The translations under genes were made by a program, and so were the position numbers. Source: Hydrolagus affinis (taxonomy: Eukaryota). Taken from it: 64,000 bases of DNA. Shown here piece after piece: positions 1 to 11,303 of this stretch. Under the pieces are notes generated by a model. The model saw nothing but the letters and a program-made list of their open reading frames with translations. It made no database searches and was not told where the DNA came from. The stretch's first letter is position 1. Every line of letters starts with the position of its first letter. The stretch is from contig JAAILG010001555.1 of NCBI GenBank assembly GCA_012026655.1, positions 1 to 64,000 of the forward strand, given 5' to 3'.

Positions 1-69
1 GCTTTGCACCTCGGTCTGTGCATTGTGTATAGAGATGAGCATTCTGGGTCTTGTAGTTCAGTGTGGCCG

Positions 70-196
70 CATACCGATTTTTACCTCGATATATCGTTTT
101 TTCGATTTATCGATATTTTAACAATGTCTATATCGGCATATCGATATGAAACTCATATCGGGATATATCGATATATCGATATATCGCCGGACCCTA
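70..196. mobile_element. terminus of a non-autonomous hAT (Ac-like) DNA transposon/MITE; other end not seen, probably upstream of the window
   Basis: CpG-rich cluster of ATATCG/CGATAT subterminal motifs ending in ...ATATCGCCGGACCCTA. The reverse complement TAGGGTCCGGCGATAT resembles the TAGGG-type TIR of fish hAT MITEs. Confidence 0.6.
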
Positions 197-549
197 ATGT
201 ATAATATCCCTTACCTCTATCCAATCACTTGGAATACATACCTCCTCATCAAGGCTTTCATAGCATATCCTGATTTGTGGTTTGGGCAGCAGGAGGTGTG
301 CTTCTAATGAGCTTGATAAATGCAAATATGCAACTATGCTGAGATTTCCTCCTATTTCCATACTCTACTCTTCCCCTTTCCCATTTGATGGGTTCAAGCA
401 TTACCTATCAACACACTATTAAGTTATTATTGCATACATTTTGTACAGCTAGATGTTCATTTAGTTCTCCAAGAAATGCCATGACAGTTCTATTCATTTT
501 TAGTCAGAACTCATGCCACCTTTGAATAAGAAACAGGTCTTAAACCCTA

Positions 550-865
550 CTAGCTATACCCCCGCGTAACATACCCCTAGTGTTTTTGAACATGTTTATT
601 CACATATTTCGAAACTTTTTTAAAATAATGTATTTGTTATTTACAAAAAAAGCGTGAGCTTTAATCGCTGGGTTGTTTTTCATTGTTGTTTTTTTTTAGC
701 TGTATTGTTGTTTGTTTTCCTTTTAGAAGTTCAGTGTTACAATTGCGGAAACATACCTAAGGCTTTTATATGCAATATATAGAAGATAGATTTGACACAG
801 CGCCATCCGCGTCAGGAGGACACAATTGCGGAAACATACCTAAGGCTTTTACATATATAGATAGA
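550..865 (-). mobile_element. short non-autonomous Helitron-like element
   Basis: Minus strand starts A|TCTATCTATATATGTAAAAG and ends ...GCGGGGGTATAGCTAG|T: 5' TC, 3' CTAG, between A and T, no TSD. There is a GC-rich patch just before CTAG and a 30-bp internal direct repeat (739-768 = 822-851). Confidence 0.7.
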
Positions 866-878
866 TGCTGAGGACAAC

Positions 879-999
879 TTGGCTGCTGTGTTCACCTACA
901 GCATATAGTGTACTATAAAGTGAAGGGATTGTGTATTTTGTTCCTGTGAAATGCTTTGAGTTGTCCTGATGTGAAAGGCATTCTAATGCAAAGATGATT
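879..999 (+). mobile_element. old Deu-type SINE 3' fragment
   Basis: TTGGCTGCTGTGTTCACCTACA...TGTGAAATGCTTTGAG...GTGAAAGGC...ATGCAAAGATGATT matches the 3' part of the SINE copies elsewhere in the window. Confidence 0.6.
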
Positions 1000-1544
1000 C
1001 ATGAGAACTAAAATAAACAGTATTAACAATTGTTAATCTTCCACTGCTATTCCCACTACCTTTTCAGCAAAACAAATTCAATTTAGGCAACATGAACCGA
1101 GAAAGGGCATTTACAAGGGCAGCTATTATATATTTATTTTAAATTGAAACCTGGTTTCTTAAAGTTGTAAGTACTTTTTCACCTATTCCTTATTGCAGTA
1201 TAAATATATATTTTTTGTGCAGATATACTGGATTTTGCTAGATGATACATGTTAATCTTATACATTTTTCCATTTGTTGGGATCACAATAGAGTCATAAT
1301 TGTAATTTAAAATGTGGACTAAAATCTAAGCTTTACAAACTCTGACTGCGATCTAAATTTAGAATGATAATATTGTAGAATTTGACACCCCTTAATTTCC
1401 TTCTTGTCCTATTTTGTTACACTCCATGCTATGTATCACTTACTTCTGGTGAACTCACCAGATCATGGGATATTAGTTAACTTACTAAATGAATTCTCAG
1501 AACAGTAAATCATATTTGTTTTTTGTTCAGAGTTGGCACAGTGT

Positions 1545-1823
1545 CAGTCTTGCTCAGTTGGTAGCAAGCTCTCCTATGAATCAGAAGATAGGTTCAGGCA
1601 CCACATCAGAACTCTGAGTTGATAGTCCAGCATAATAATAATAATCATTGTATTTGATATGCATTTGAAACAGTTATAGAGAACAATGCTCCATATACAG
1701 TTGGCCATTCACTTCATGGCAGTAAACGAGATATTGCAATTTACACTTTACTGTAAATTGTATGAAACCCTTTGGGATGTCCTCCTGATGGCAAAGACAC
1801 TATAATCAAACACAAGGATTATG
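1545..1823 (+). mobile_element. degraded SacSINE1/DeuSINE-like element (tRNA head, then tail), interrupted by an antisense tail fragment near 1633-1670
   Basis: GCTCAGTTGGTAGCA..CTCTCCT.TGAATCAGAAG..AGGTTCA carries A/B-box-like motifs. Tail CCCTTTGGGATGTCC...CACTATAATCAAACACAAGGATTAT at about 1768-1822. Confidence 0.55.
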
Positions 1824-2618
1824 AGTTTTATATATTTAAAAATATATATATTTTATTACATTAAAAAGTCATTTATAAAATTAATATAAGAATTTTGACC
1901 AGATTACTCCTCTGCATTATCGAGCCCATGTGGCACCTCACAAATACTGTATCATTATGAGAGGAACAGCAGCAATGTAGAGGAACCTTAAGGAGAATAT
2001 GATGTAGCCTTGTTATCTAAGCTTTCAATTTCATGTCCAAAAAAATTACACAACAACCACAATTTTAACTTGTATGGTTGTTGTGGTAAACCCATTAAAA
2101 AGAGGCAATATACTTTACTGGAAGAAATAAATCAAAATGTATTACAACACATATTTCCTCCATATCAAACAAGCCTCGGGGTATGTTTGAAAGAACACTC
2201 AATCCAAGTTATCGGATCTCTGAAGGCCTCGTCACACTTGACTTCTGCGAAGTCCTCGCTGATGTGACCTCTGTCCACAAATCTAATGTTGCACAATAGC
2301 TACTTGTTTGTCCTGCTCCTTCATTTGTTGTGTTATTTGTTTTTTAAAAAAAAAACTAATTTGGAGTGACGCTTGGCAATCCGCTTTAAGGGAAAAGAAA
2401 AGGGGACAGATTGATGTGTGAAAAGGGTTGAATGTTCACCAGTTTAATAGATACCAATCGTTAAAAAGTGAAAGGGGCAATGCTATTCCTTTCATTTTTT
2501 TAAAACAAATTTAATCCAGCACAAATTGATCCCGCTTTGGATACATCCAGCAAATAACATTTTTATCACCATGGTAATGATGTTGCCTCTTGTGTGGTGA
2601 ATTTTAGGAGGAATTGCT

Positions 2619-2952
2619 GGTTCCTCCGCTCAGCTAACACTGGCCTACTTCATGTCCCTCACCCACCATCGTTGGCCGAGCTTTTAGCCACTCTTCTCTG
2701 GATCTCCATCCCCCCACTTTATGCTGCCACTCTGATTTGCCCCACCTGCTTTGCTTTTAAAACCCACCTCAAGAATTATCTTTTCAACCGTTCTATTCTC
2801 TCCTTCCCCCAAGGTACGGCCATAAACAAAGAAGTATTCATTCAAGAATATGTGTTTGGTTGGCCGACCAAAAAGGTTAGGTTCCAGCGCTTTGGGACGT
2901 CCTCCCAACTTGAAAGGTGCTACACTAATGTAATTTGTCACCGTTGCTGTTG
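2619..2952 (+). mobile_element. L2 LINE 3' fragment (degenerate RT C-terminus, 3' UTR and tail)
   Basis: Encodes LRSANTGLLHVP...FAFKTHLKNYLF, typical of an L2 ORF2 C-terminus. Ends AGCGCTTTGGGACGTCC...TGAAAGGTGCTAC...GTTGCTGTTG. Confidence 0.8.
2809..2885 (-). mobile_element. fragment of the hAT-Charlie-like MITE also present at 38436-38641, lying within the L2 3' UTR
   Basis: Aligns without gaps to the reverse complement of about 38441-38517 (shared ...TTTGGTTGG[C/T]CGACCAAAAAGGTT...). Confidence 0.75.
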
Positions 2953-5900
2953 CTTTTATATTTGTTAGGGAATTCTGAAGAAATCTTGTTAGAGAGCACT
3001 GGGTTTTGGGGCCAGTGTAACAGAACAGGGAAAATATTGGACAGCAAAGAAAGTCAATGCCCGTGATATTGTCTTTATTTTAAACAACTCTTTTACTCTG
3101 TGTTGCAATTCACTTTCCACTTTGTAATAATGTTAAAATGATTTTAATCTTTTGAACTCTAACCAAGTGCTTATCCAAGAGAAACATGACATTTACCTCC
3201 CATCTGTTGGAAGTATCAACTGTTTTTAATCTCTGGAGTTACATCTTGACATTTCCTTTCCTCATTGTTGAAGTCCCGAGTGCTTTTAAAAGCTCTTAGT
3301 AGGAGTAAAACTCTAGCCTCTGCTTCTGTTTCTTTAACTTGTTTTCTTTATGCTGTCATAATCCCTGACCCATGCAGTTCCTTGTAAACATTCCCTATGG
3401 CCTACCAGAAGGTTTCAGTTAACAGCAGCTGTCTAAAGGTTAATTTTTCTTTCCTACCACTGTTGCCCCTCCTCGCATCTCAGTCAGAATGGGTACATCA
3501 CAAACATCTCCCGCTGGGTGCTTGAATGGGACCAGATATTTCATTCATGTTTTATTGTGAGACTGGGATCGGGGAGTGGGGGGGGGGGAACGACAAAAAA
3601 AAAAGGTTGACAGATATAGATAAGAGAGAAAAAGCTTTCCTATCCCTCTTCTTACTCCTATCTCTTCCTCCTTTTTCTTATATATGTCAAGTACAATGAA
3701 GTGAGATTTAGCTTCTGGCTGAGAAGGGCTGTGGCCTTTTACACTGTAATTACACAAAAGAGGCTGAGCCCCCACAGCCTTGCATGGGCAACCTGTCATT
3801 AATCTGGAAATCCAACCAGCTCACAGGCATTAATATGCATTGTTACATTTGGAAACAGATGTTAGAGGGAACACCATAAATTATAAGCCTGACAGGTGTG
3901 AACTTGCACTTGTGTTTATTGTAAAATAAACTGTTTCACCTTCAGTTCCTCACGAGTACCAATAAAACAAAGCCACAACTGTTTAAAGGCTTCAGCATGG
4001 TCAGATCAGTATCAGTTTTACGAATAGGAATGCAGGGCTGTTCAGCTTATTTCTGATCTCTTCTTGTCAAGTCCAGAGGTTCCCTTTGTTTGCCAGCACT
4101 TTAAAGCCTAAACCATCTGTATGTTAAAATTTAAATGTAATATTCCCCTTATTGGATACCCTCGCTTTGCAGATGTACACTGTAGATTGTTATATAACAT
4201 GATACCACAATGCTGTATGAAATTGTAGATATTATTATTCATTTGACCCGGCATAATGATGCCTGCACATTTGCTAGTTATCTTACTGGTGGCCTGAACA
4301 GTCAATGTTCCAGAGTGCGTTACAAATGTACTTCATCAAACACAAGTGCTGTATAATACAAGGAACGAACAGTTAGTCTCTTTGAGCTTTTATAATGGGA
4401 ACTCTCACATGATCGAGTTGTCCAATGCACTGAAGGTACTACATATCCTAATACAGCACTAATCTAACTTAATGGGGTACAAATGTGTTCTGTCAAGTGA
4501 TAATCACCACATTTTGCATTTCTCAATCCCAATATCGTCAATGTTGGTTGAGACTGACTGCTTAACTTCATGTTGGTTAATGAAGATGTTCCAAATGACG
4601 TTCTGGCGTAATGTGCTGCACGTTCCTCAAACAGGAAAGAACATTGTTTAAACTTTTACCCAGGATTAACCGCCATAAATTCCTATAGAGTGAGAAAGGC
4701 TGCTAAATCCCAAGCACCATATGTGTGTGAGGTTTCTCTCTAATAATGCTCCATTGTACTGAGATTTATTTAGTCTATGGATAAGTTATGCTTTTTTTTC
4801 AAAGTGGGAAGCGAAGACATTAGTGCATATTTGTAACATTTTAAACTATACTCCTGTATAGATGATGTCCAGCTTCTCATGACGAAACGTGGTCTTTCAT
4901 CAAACGTAACAAACGTAAACTTTGTACATTTATAGTCCATCATTCCAATTGCCAATGTCTAGAGAAACCACAAGTGTTGAGTTGATTGCTTCCTCTCTTT
5001 TCTCCCCTCTTCTCTCTTGAGTTCTTTGCCATGAAAATGAAAGGCTCAGCAGAAGCCAATCTACATTGCTTCCCAATTGCTTCCTAATTGTTTCTTTGGC
5101 TCCTGTTGAAGGCTGCAAGCTTCTGTTGGTGCTAATGTGATATTTAACACTGGCGTTATCACATTTGGAGTTTCTTCATCCGATAGTGCTTTAATTGGAA
5201 GCATTTTTTCCAAATGGAAGGTTTAAGCCATGTATCATGTTGAGCAAATTTCCATTTCTTACCGTCAGACATTAGGTTTTTCTGAGCCTTGTAACTCGCA
5301 TCATGTAACTTACATCTCGTATGGATTCCAGGTGCTCGCCACATGTTGTCCATATAAAATAAATGGGGTTTACTCTGCACTCCTGTTCAAATCTTTTAAT
5401 ACTTCATAGCAACCAATCTCTTAAATGATCACAGGTATAGAAGTACAGTATATTCGAATCCCACACTGCAAAGTCAGCATACTTTGATTTGAATAATATG
5501 AGAAATCGTGTACTAACCCATATATAACAGATGGTGAGGAAACATTTCTGCACTCAGCTATGAGTGCTATGTCTGCTTAAATATCTTTCTGTTTCATCCT
5601 CCAAACTTGTCAGTTAATCACCATCTGTTTTAAATCTTAATACAATATATTTTGGTAGCAAATAAGAAACCAGCTGTTAACAAGCTTTTTATAAATACAA
5701 ATGAACAAGCATTTCAACTGAGGCTTAGTTAATCAGAAAGATTTTCTTTAATGTAATTTGCTATTTACACATTGAAAACCTCTAACAAAATCGCAAGACT
5801 CGAAAACTTAAAGAGAATGCAGACTTATCATACAACTGTATTGCAATTATGTCTAAGAACCTTGTTTTTTTTCATGATTGTGACACATCTGCCATTTTTT

Positions 5901-6340
5901 AAATACCTTGTGCACCAGAGCATTCACACTGAATTCAAAATGTAATACGTTCATCATTGTTCGGTGTACAAAGGCTTGCTGTGACTTCCCTCAGATGGAA
6001 CACAGAAATTACATCTTACTTTCTTACATAAATATGTCAGCAAAACAGGACCAGACTTAATAGCAAATCATCTTATGCTCTATTCTTCCATTCACTCATT
6101 GTAAGAGAACCATGTCAGGATTAAATTAAATTCTCACAAAAGTTCAAAGGTAGCAATTTTTTTTTAGCCTTTGTTGTTCCTTTATGAATAAATGGCTTCA
6201 AGCGACGCCTTGAATTTAGGGCTGGTTGGAGTTTAAAAAGATTCATCAACTTCAGAAATAATCATTTATTATTTGCTTACATTGTACACACATCTAAAGC
6301 CACAGACTGTTAAGAAAAACAAGTGGAGTCTGCAACCTGT

Positions 6341-6398
6341 TAAGAGACGCTGCCCCATGTGAGGGGCGCTGTATAAACACAAGTTGTTATTGTTGTTG
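6341..6398 (+). mobile_element. solo L2 3' tail
   Basis: ...ATGTGAGGGGCGCTGTATAAACACAAGTTGTTATTGTTGTTG: tail motif followed by (GTT)n. Confidence 0.6.
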
Positions 6399-6908
6399 AA
6401 TGGTCAATATCAGGACTAAACTGGGGAAAGGGAGTCCTAGATTCAGGCGACGGACACAAACAGAAATGTTTTTAAATTTCAAATTGAATTGCAAACATTT
6501 TCACTGATCGAGGTGAGGAAGGCTTCATTTCCATCAGAAAAACCAATCCCTTGCTGGTTAATGAGGCATGCTTAAGAAACGGACAGGATCCTGCAGGGAA
6601 GAGCTGGACACCCTGCTCGTCATGGTAGCTGCTATCCCGCCAATCCGCGGGGCAGTTCTGTGATGTGTGTGCCAGGAGTCTGAATCATGGACTAGGTTTC
6701 ATGGTTGCAGCCGTGGAGAAAAGCATCTGGGGGTCCACATCTGGCACACATGGATATATTACACTGAATGTTCCACTAAACTGACCCCTTCATTAGAAGT
6801 TTAGTTCCGTGCCTCAGCAGAAACTGAGGGTGAAGGCATGGTTTCTCAGAAGAAGGGAAAGGTAATAAATTAGATTTTTTTTTAGGAGCAGCAACATTCT
6901 AAGGTGAT

Positions 6909-7019
6909 GTTTGCCCACAAAACACAGTTACTCCACTTTTACAGTAGTTTTTGGGAAGCATCTTGGGATGTCTTCCCGACGGGAAAAGTTTTATACTAAA
7001 TGTAAAGATTGCTATTATG
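6909..7019 (+). mobile_element. SINE 3' fragment
   Basis: TTTGCCCACAAAACACAGT...GAAGCATCTTGGGATGTC...TATACTAAATGTAAAGATTGCTATTAT matches the SINE tail. Confidence 0.6.
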
Positions 7020-7142
7020 ATATGTTATTACAGTATTATTGTTGCTGCAAATGGTTTGTAATGGGAGCAATTACTTGCTGTAAGTATATATAGGGTCTCT
7101 ACAAATAATTGTTTCCAAAGTAACCTAAGAGAGAGAATTGAA

Positions 7143-7195
7143 AACAATAACAATTTGCATTTATATGGGACTCTTCATGCAGGATAGCATGAAGG
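7143..7195 (-). mobile_element. solo L2-type tail
   Basis: AACAATAACAATTTGCATTTATATGGGACTCTTCATG is an antisense tail. Confidence 0.5.
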
Positions 7196-7550
7196 TGGTT
7201 GACAACAAAGATTGTTTGAAGCCAGTGTATGTGAATGACGCAAATGTTTTTTCAAAATGATTTCAAGACAGCTGCCATTCAAAAGGATCAAAGCAAAATA
7301 ATGCAAGTACCCAAAACACTCAATTTGTGTAGGCAATAAATGGTTTTATGAAGTTAGAATAGGATGCACAGTAGAATACAGAAAGGATTGAGGAAGGCAG
7401 ATAAGTATTTGAACACAATTAATAACACAAACCGCATTTCAGAAGTCATTGCCGGAAGCACAGTCCTAGCATAGTTTACCTCTCCGGAATACATCAAGCA
7501 AAAATGCATTTAGAATATTGCCACCAGTTCAAAAGGCCATCATTGCATTA

Positions 7551-7972
7551 TAGAATCATAAAATTATACACCACAGAAGGAAGCCATTTGGCCCATCGTG
7601 TCTGTGCCGGCTCTTTAAAAAGAGCTGTCCAAATTAATCCCACTCTCACCACTCTCTTTCCATAGCCCTACAAACCTGTCCTCCCCAAATAACTATTTAT
7701 TTCTCTTAAAAGTTGTCATCAAATTGGCTTCCACCACCCTTTCAGGCAACACATTCCAGATCTGAACAACTTGCTGCGTGAAAACATTTCTCCCCACCTC
7801 CCCTCTGCTTCTTTTAACAACTATTTTAAATCGGCGACCTCAGATTGCTCGCCAGTTGAAATAGTTTCTCTTTGTTCACCCCTGATAATTTTGGAAACTT
7901 CTATTAAGTCTCCTCTTAACCTTATCTGTTCTAAGGAGAATAATCCTAGCTTCTCTAGCCGCTCCTGATCAC
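7551..7972 (-). mobile_element. CR1 LINE 3' fragment
   Basis: TAGAATCATA...CACAGAAGGAAGCCATTTGGCCCATCGTGTCTGTGCCGGCTC is an antisense CR1 tail. It continues into GCTTCCACCACCCTTTCAGGCAACACATTCCAGA (antisense IWNxLPERVVEA) and TCTCCTCTTAACCTT..TGTTCTAAGGAGAA (antisense FSLEQxRLRGD). Confidence 0.85.
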
Positions 7973-8060
7973 TGAATTTAGAAAGTGGATGCAGAGGAAA
8001 ATGACAAAATGATTCCCCCCATCTCTGAAAGTATCGGGGATTATTCTCTTCTAGAAAATC

Positions 8061-8368
8061 AATAACAATCCTTGCATTTGATGTAGCATTTTTCCCTTTG
8101 GGATACAGTGTAAAGTGTAGTGACTGTGTAATTTGTTGGTGATCGTGGCAGTCAATTTGGGCACAGCAAGACGAGGAGGCAGCAATGAAGTGAATTGACC
8201 AATTTTATCTTGGGGATTGCTACTCGGGACACGGGAGAAAGTTCATTCTCTTTGCAAGTAGTGCTGGAGGATCTTTAACATCCATCTGAACAGGCAGACA
8301 TGACCTTTGACAATGCAGCACACCTCCAGCCTCATCTTAGACAATATGAGTGCTACCAACTACGTCAG
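8061..8368 (-). mobile_element. old DeuSINE (SacSINE1/AmnSINE1-type Deu domain)
   Basis: Antisense tail, then GGCAGTCAATTTGGGCACAGCAAG and GGATCTTTAACATCCATCTGAACAGGCAGAC (Deu core), with head remnant GAGTGCTACCAACT. Confidence 0.75.
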
Positions 8369-8559
8369 ATGACGTCCTCAATAATGAATGTTGAATTGAA
8401 GAACAATCTGAAATTTTAAGACTGTGGTCTTTAGGATAAGAACGGGTGACATTTTGGGCTATGATTTAGTAGTATTTTTTAATAACAATGAACATTACAT
8501 GGGAGCTGGTAAATATTTTCAACTTAATCCAAACCATAGGACCAAAAAGCTGATTTAAA

Positions 8560-8700
8560 AGTGGGGGAGCCTGCCAGCTTAATGAGAGAACTTCAGCTCA
8601 GATTGTTAATGTATGGAAGAAGCTGCCATCTAGTGCAGCGAAGACTCAGCCTGTAAATTCTTACAAAAGGATTCTTGGGAGTTCTTTTTCAGGAATGGTG
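8560..8700 (+). mobile_element. CR1 RT C-terminal fragment
   Basis: CAGATTGTTAATGTATGGAAGAAGCTGCCATCTAGTGCAGCG encodes IVNVWKKLPSSA, a CR1 VVNxWNxLP motif. Confidence 0.55.
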
Positions 8701-8980
8701 AAGGGCACTATAAACTCACAGCATCTGCACAAAGATGGCATTAACTTGCATTGAACCTTTTAGTAACGGGGATCTTACGTGTAGCTCCATATAGAGACTG
8801 CTGATGACAAGTGCAAATTTGATACATGGACTGGACAATTCCGATTTCACAACCTGTTCTGTTTTGTGACCCATTTGTGCTTTCTTATATATACTGGATG
8901 ATTTATTTAACATGCATTCTCAGATACAGAATATTATCTTGTGTTTTGATTTACTGAAGTTGTGAATTATGCATATCAGG

Positions 8981-9220
8981 AATAATAACAGTAATAATAC
9001 AATCTGTACAGTTGATATTGCTCATTTTATGTCAGGAGATTGGCTCTAAGCACTTTACAGGATTTAATGTAAAGTGCAATGACTGTATTTTGTAGATGAA
9101 TGCAGCAGCTAATTTGGGCCCAGTAATGTCCCACAAACAGCCATGAAATGACTGACTGATTCTTTGTGGGGGTATGTTGGCCAGAACACTGGGAGAAACT
9201 CTTCTCTTTTCAAACACTGC
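8981..9220 (-). mobile_element. old DeuSINE 3' half
   Basis: Antisense (ATT)-like tail, GCAGCTAATTTGGGCCCAGTAATGTCCCACAAACAGC and TTGGCCAGAACACTGGGAGAAACTC. Confidence 0.7.
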
Positions 9221-9709
9221 TTGCTGCAAAGCACAAGAGCAGGTTTCACTCTTATGGGTTTGAAATTCAAGTGATTTCTTATGTTGACACAATTTTTCTC
9301 TGATTGTCCAACTATCAGGTGGCTTTATTATCCTGGATTGTCATTCCATTGTCATTGCATCAATCTAGCCATATAGGTATCCAAACAGATGTTTACAGGT
9401 ATCCAACCAAAGTACTCAGGATAACACATGACATGTGTTGTGGATAAGCTTTAACACTGTTTGAGTGATATTTGTTATTTTATGCCTAAACTACTAAATA
9501 AAATAAGCACAGTATAATTTAAGCAGGAAGTTATTTATATCTTTGTTAAGCACTGTACTTTTATAGTTGAGATCCAGGACAGTAAACTGCTTCACTCTAA
9601 TCTCAATAAATATTTTACTGTTGCAGGTTGGGGGTTAATGACCCCCCAACTGACTTCTCTATGAACTCATAGCTTGTTCCATCTAAAATATAGGACAAAA
9701 CAAGCTGCA

Positions 9710-9836
9710 ATATAATCCTTTTTTGATATAGTGCCTTATCACATCATTGAGATGTCTAATAGCACAGAATATATTGACTGTATATTTTGTTTGCGTGGGT
9801 GAAACACAGCAGCCAATTCCGCACGGCAGTGTCCCA
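9710..9836 (-). mobile_element. SINE 3' fragment, truncated at the Helitron 5' end
   Basis: TAATCCTT..TTTGATATAGTGCCTTATCACATC...GCAGCCAATTCCGCACGGCAGTGTCCCA; similarity stops at 9836. Confidence 0.7.
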
Positions 9837-9940
9837 TCTATACTAATAAAAACAAAATGTCTGTATATCTGTCTGCCAATAATGCAATAACAGATTATCG
9901 TAGAGACCTGATTTATACTTCATTGGAAACATCTTCCATG
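9837..9940 (+). mobile_element. Helitron-like 5' end (3' CTAG end not identified)
   Basis: A|TCTATACTAATAAAAAC...TGTCTGTATATCTGTCTG: typical Helitron 5' terminus followed by (GTCT)-like repeats, starting exactly where the SINE stops. Confidence 0.55.
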
Positions 9941-11056
9941 GGGGTGGGGGGTGGGAAACGGGGACGGTGGACTTACACGTGTACTGCAGGTTTGCTTAAG
10001 GTGTACACACAGTGTTTATGGCATGTTAAATAGTTTGAATGGTATCACTGAAGGCCTGGTAAGGAGAGAATCAGATCTGATATCTATTGTGCCTAAGTAA
10101 TCTGGCACAGATACTCATAGCTGGGCTTGTTCATAAAGATTGCACACATATTTGCTGTTACAAGGGGTATTGGTGTCTTGCGGAAGCGTACACCATCAAG
10201 AGAAGAGCGAGCATCTGCAGAATGGGGGGGTGGTGGATTGATGGGGGTTAAAAGTATCAATAATCAAGAAAACATTTGGGGCAAATTTTATTGCAATCCA
10301 CAGCCAATTCATCCAAAGGATGAATGAGTTCATGCACCAGAAGGATGAGATGGGGGCCAAAGGATCTTCTTCACCCACATCTCTCTTGTAATTTGTGTGA
10401 TCTTTGTATAGAATATTCTAGGGCTCTGAGTTACAATCCACATGAAATTCAATGCCTCTATGTTTGTTACTAAACATTATAGCTCTTGGACTTCTACAAT
10501 GACTAGGTTTGGGCCTGATTTTGTTACCGAGTTTGTGGTGCTGGACACAGTTGGTGAAGATGAACACAGCTTAACTGAACACTTGAAAGTGTGTTATCAA
10601 TCAGCAGAGCCAGGCACCATGCTGGAAACAATCTGGACAATGCAGATAATTAACTTGTTCCAGCATGCTTCGTTCCATACACAATTAAGCATGACAATTC
10701 AAATCAAATGACTGCTATGCTTCAGAAGGTACACTGGTATTGCAGTCACTCAGAGCCGCCACACCTCACATCTCAAATCCCAGCCACTAATGCGGGAAAA
10801 TAGCCTGGACTGTCTCTCCTGGCTCCAAGGGAAGATGAGTGAAATTTGTATTTATCTATTCAACTAAAACCCAGGGTCAGGTGTAAAACTATATCAGCAA
10901 ACAAAGTAATATAATTTCTTACTGTGACAAATTCGTACTGCACCAATGCAACTTGAAATATTAATACTCTTTTGCCAGGTATGTTGTGTTTCACTACAAT
11001 AACCTCTTACAACTCATTTGCTTTCAGTACTAGAAGTTGTGAGAAAAAGCTTTCTA

Positions 11057-11303
11057 CTTGCATTTGACATAGTGGCTTTTACGTCAGAAGGACATCTTAA
11101 AGTGCTTCACAGAAGTAAGTGTAATGTGTAATGACTGCATTTTTTTTGTAGGCGAACACTGGAGCCAATTTGTGCATAGCAAAGTTCCATGAATAGCTAT
11201 GAATAACACTGGGCGAATCTCCCTATTCTTTCGAATAGTGTCATGGGATCTTTAATGTTCACCTGAACAGACAGACTAGACCTTGTTTTAATGTCTCATC
11301 TGA
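11057..11303 (-). mobile_element. old DeuSINE
   Basis: CTTGCATTTGACATAG tail; GTCATGGGATCTTTAATGTTCACCTGAACAGACAGAC...TTTAATGTCTCATCTGA is the Deu core. Confidence 0.8.
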
